In this document: piece by piece, positions 63,839 through 64,000 of the stretch
How positions within the stretch are numbered: position 1 is the stretch's first letter
Layout of the letters: each line of letters begins with the position of its first letter
Translations under genes and position numbers: made by a program
From: an uncultured Gemmatimonadales bacterium
Lineage (GTDB): Bacteria; Gemmatimonadota; Gemmatimonadetes; Gemmatimonadales; GWC2-71-9
Assembly: GCA_963832055.1 (NCBI GenBank)
Contig: CAWHST010000004.1
Span: forward strand, 454,409-518,408
DNA length: 64,000 bases
Direction of reading: 5' to 3'
Notes under the pieces: model-generated
Databases searched by the model: none
What the model was told of the DNA's origin: nothing
What the model saw: the letters and a program-made list of their open reading frames with translations, nothing else

Positions 63839-64000
63839 GCCTCCAAATAGCGGCGAGGGGGTGGCTGTCGAGCTACCGGATTCACAGATGCTGGCGACTC
63901 GTCGGGATGTATCCCCCGGTCTCAGGGCCAAAGCGAATGTCAGGAGCAGACCGCCTAGGAGTATGGCGCCCACGATGGATCGGGACATAGGTCGATTCTC

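Noticed and set aside
63830-63988. 52-aa minus-strand ORF at the right edge with one hydrophobic segment (MSRSIVGAILLGGLLLTFALAL...).
   Set aside because: It is too short, has no similarity or RBS evidence, and overlaps the end of the response-regulator gene. It is left unannotated.

Overview
High-GC (about two-thirds G+C by eye) bacterial chromosomal window from a diderm-type organism, judged from an OM beta-barrel protein and lipobox lipoproteins. A Gemmatimonadota-like origin is only a guess. I saw no rRNA, tRNA, CRISPR array, transposase or integrase. Gene content: (1) Exopolysaccharide locus 1 lies on the minus strand at 1-6606 (priming sugar transferase, 2x GT2, FAD oxidoreductase, GT1, Wzx-like flippase). 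Next to it on the plus strand are a REC/degenerate-GGDEF regulator, an NtrC-family sigma-54 activator and a histidine kinase (7375-11250). (2) Housekeeping genes: NYN/OST-HTH protein, 3-methyladenine glycosylase, OMP, tdh-kbl, FdhA-like molybdoenzyme, rlmI-aroH, thiE, mltG, ruvX, rho. (3) A MoxR/DUF58/DUF4350/DUF4129 cluster sits divergent from an RDD-SpoIIM fusion (27171-33913). (4) A dense two-component locus (33939-46964) is dominated by a ~2135-aa hybrid kinase. That kinase carries about 12.5 tandem 92-aa (276-nt) di-HAMP units, then GAF, coiled coil, HisKA/HATPase and three receivers. (5) Polysaccharide locus 2 (47355-55644) includes GT25, a methyltransferase and a sulfotransferase. (6) An accessory tail holds a MerR-ADH operon, a glyoxal-oxidase-like protein and, from about 62.3 kb, a markedly lower-GC segment. 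Structure not explained by genes: three families of long GC-rich palindromic (REP-like) elements, each seen twice and always at gene boundaries; a recurring TTGTATAAG promoter-like motif; and a textbook MerR-type 19-bp-spacer promoter. Caveat: at least about 25 genes or gene segments need a 1-nt frame correction. This looks like indel sequencing error rather than biology, so many track ORFs are fragments or spurious read-throughs.
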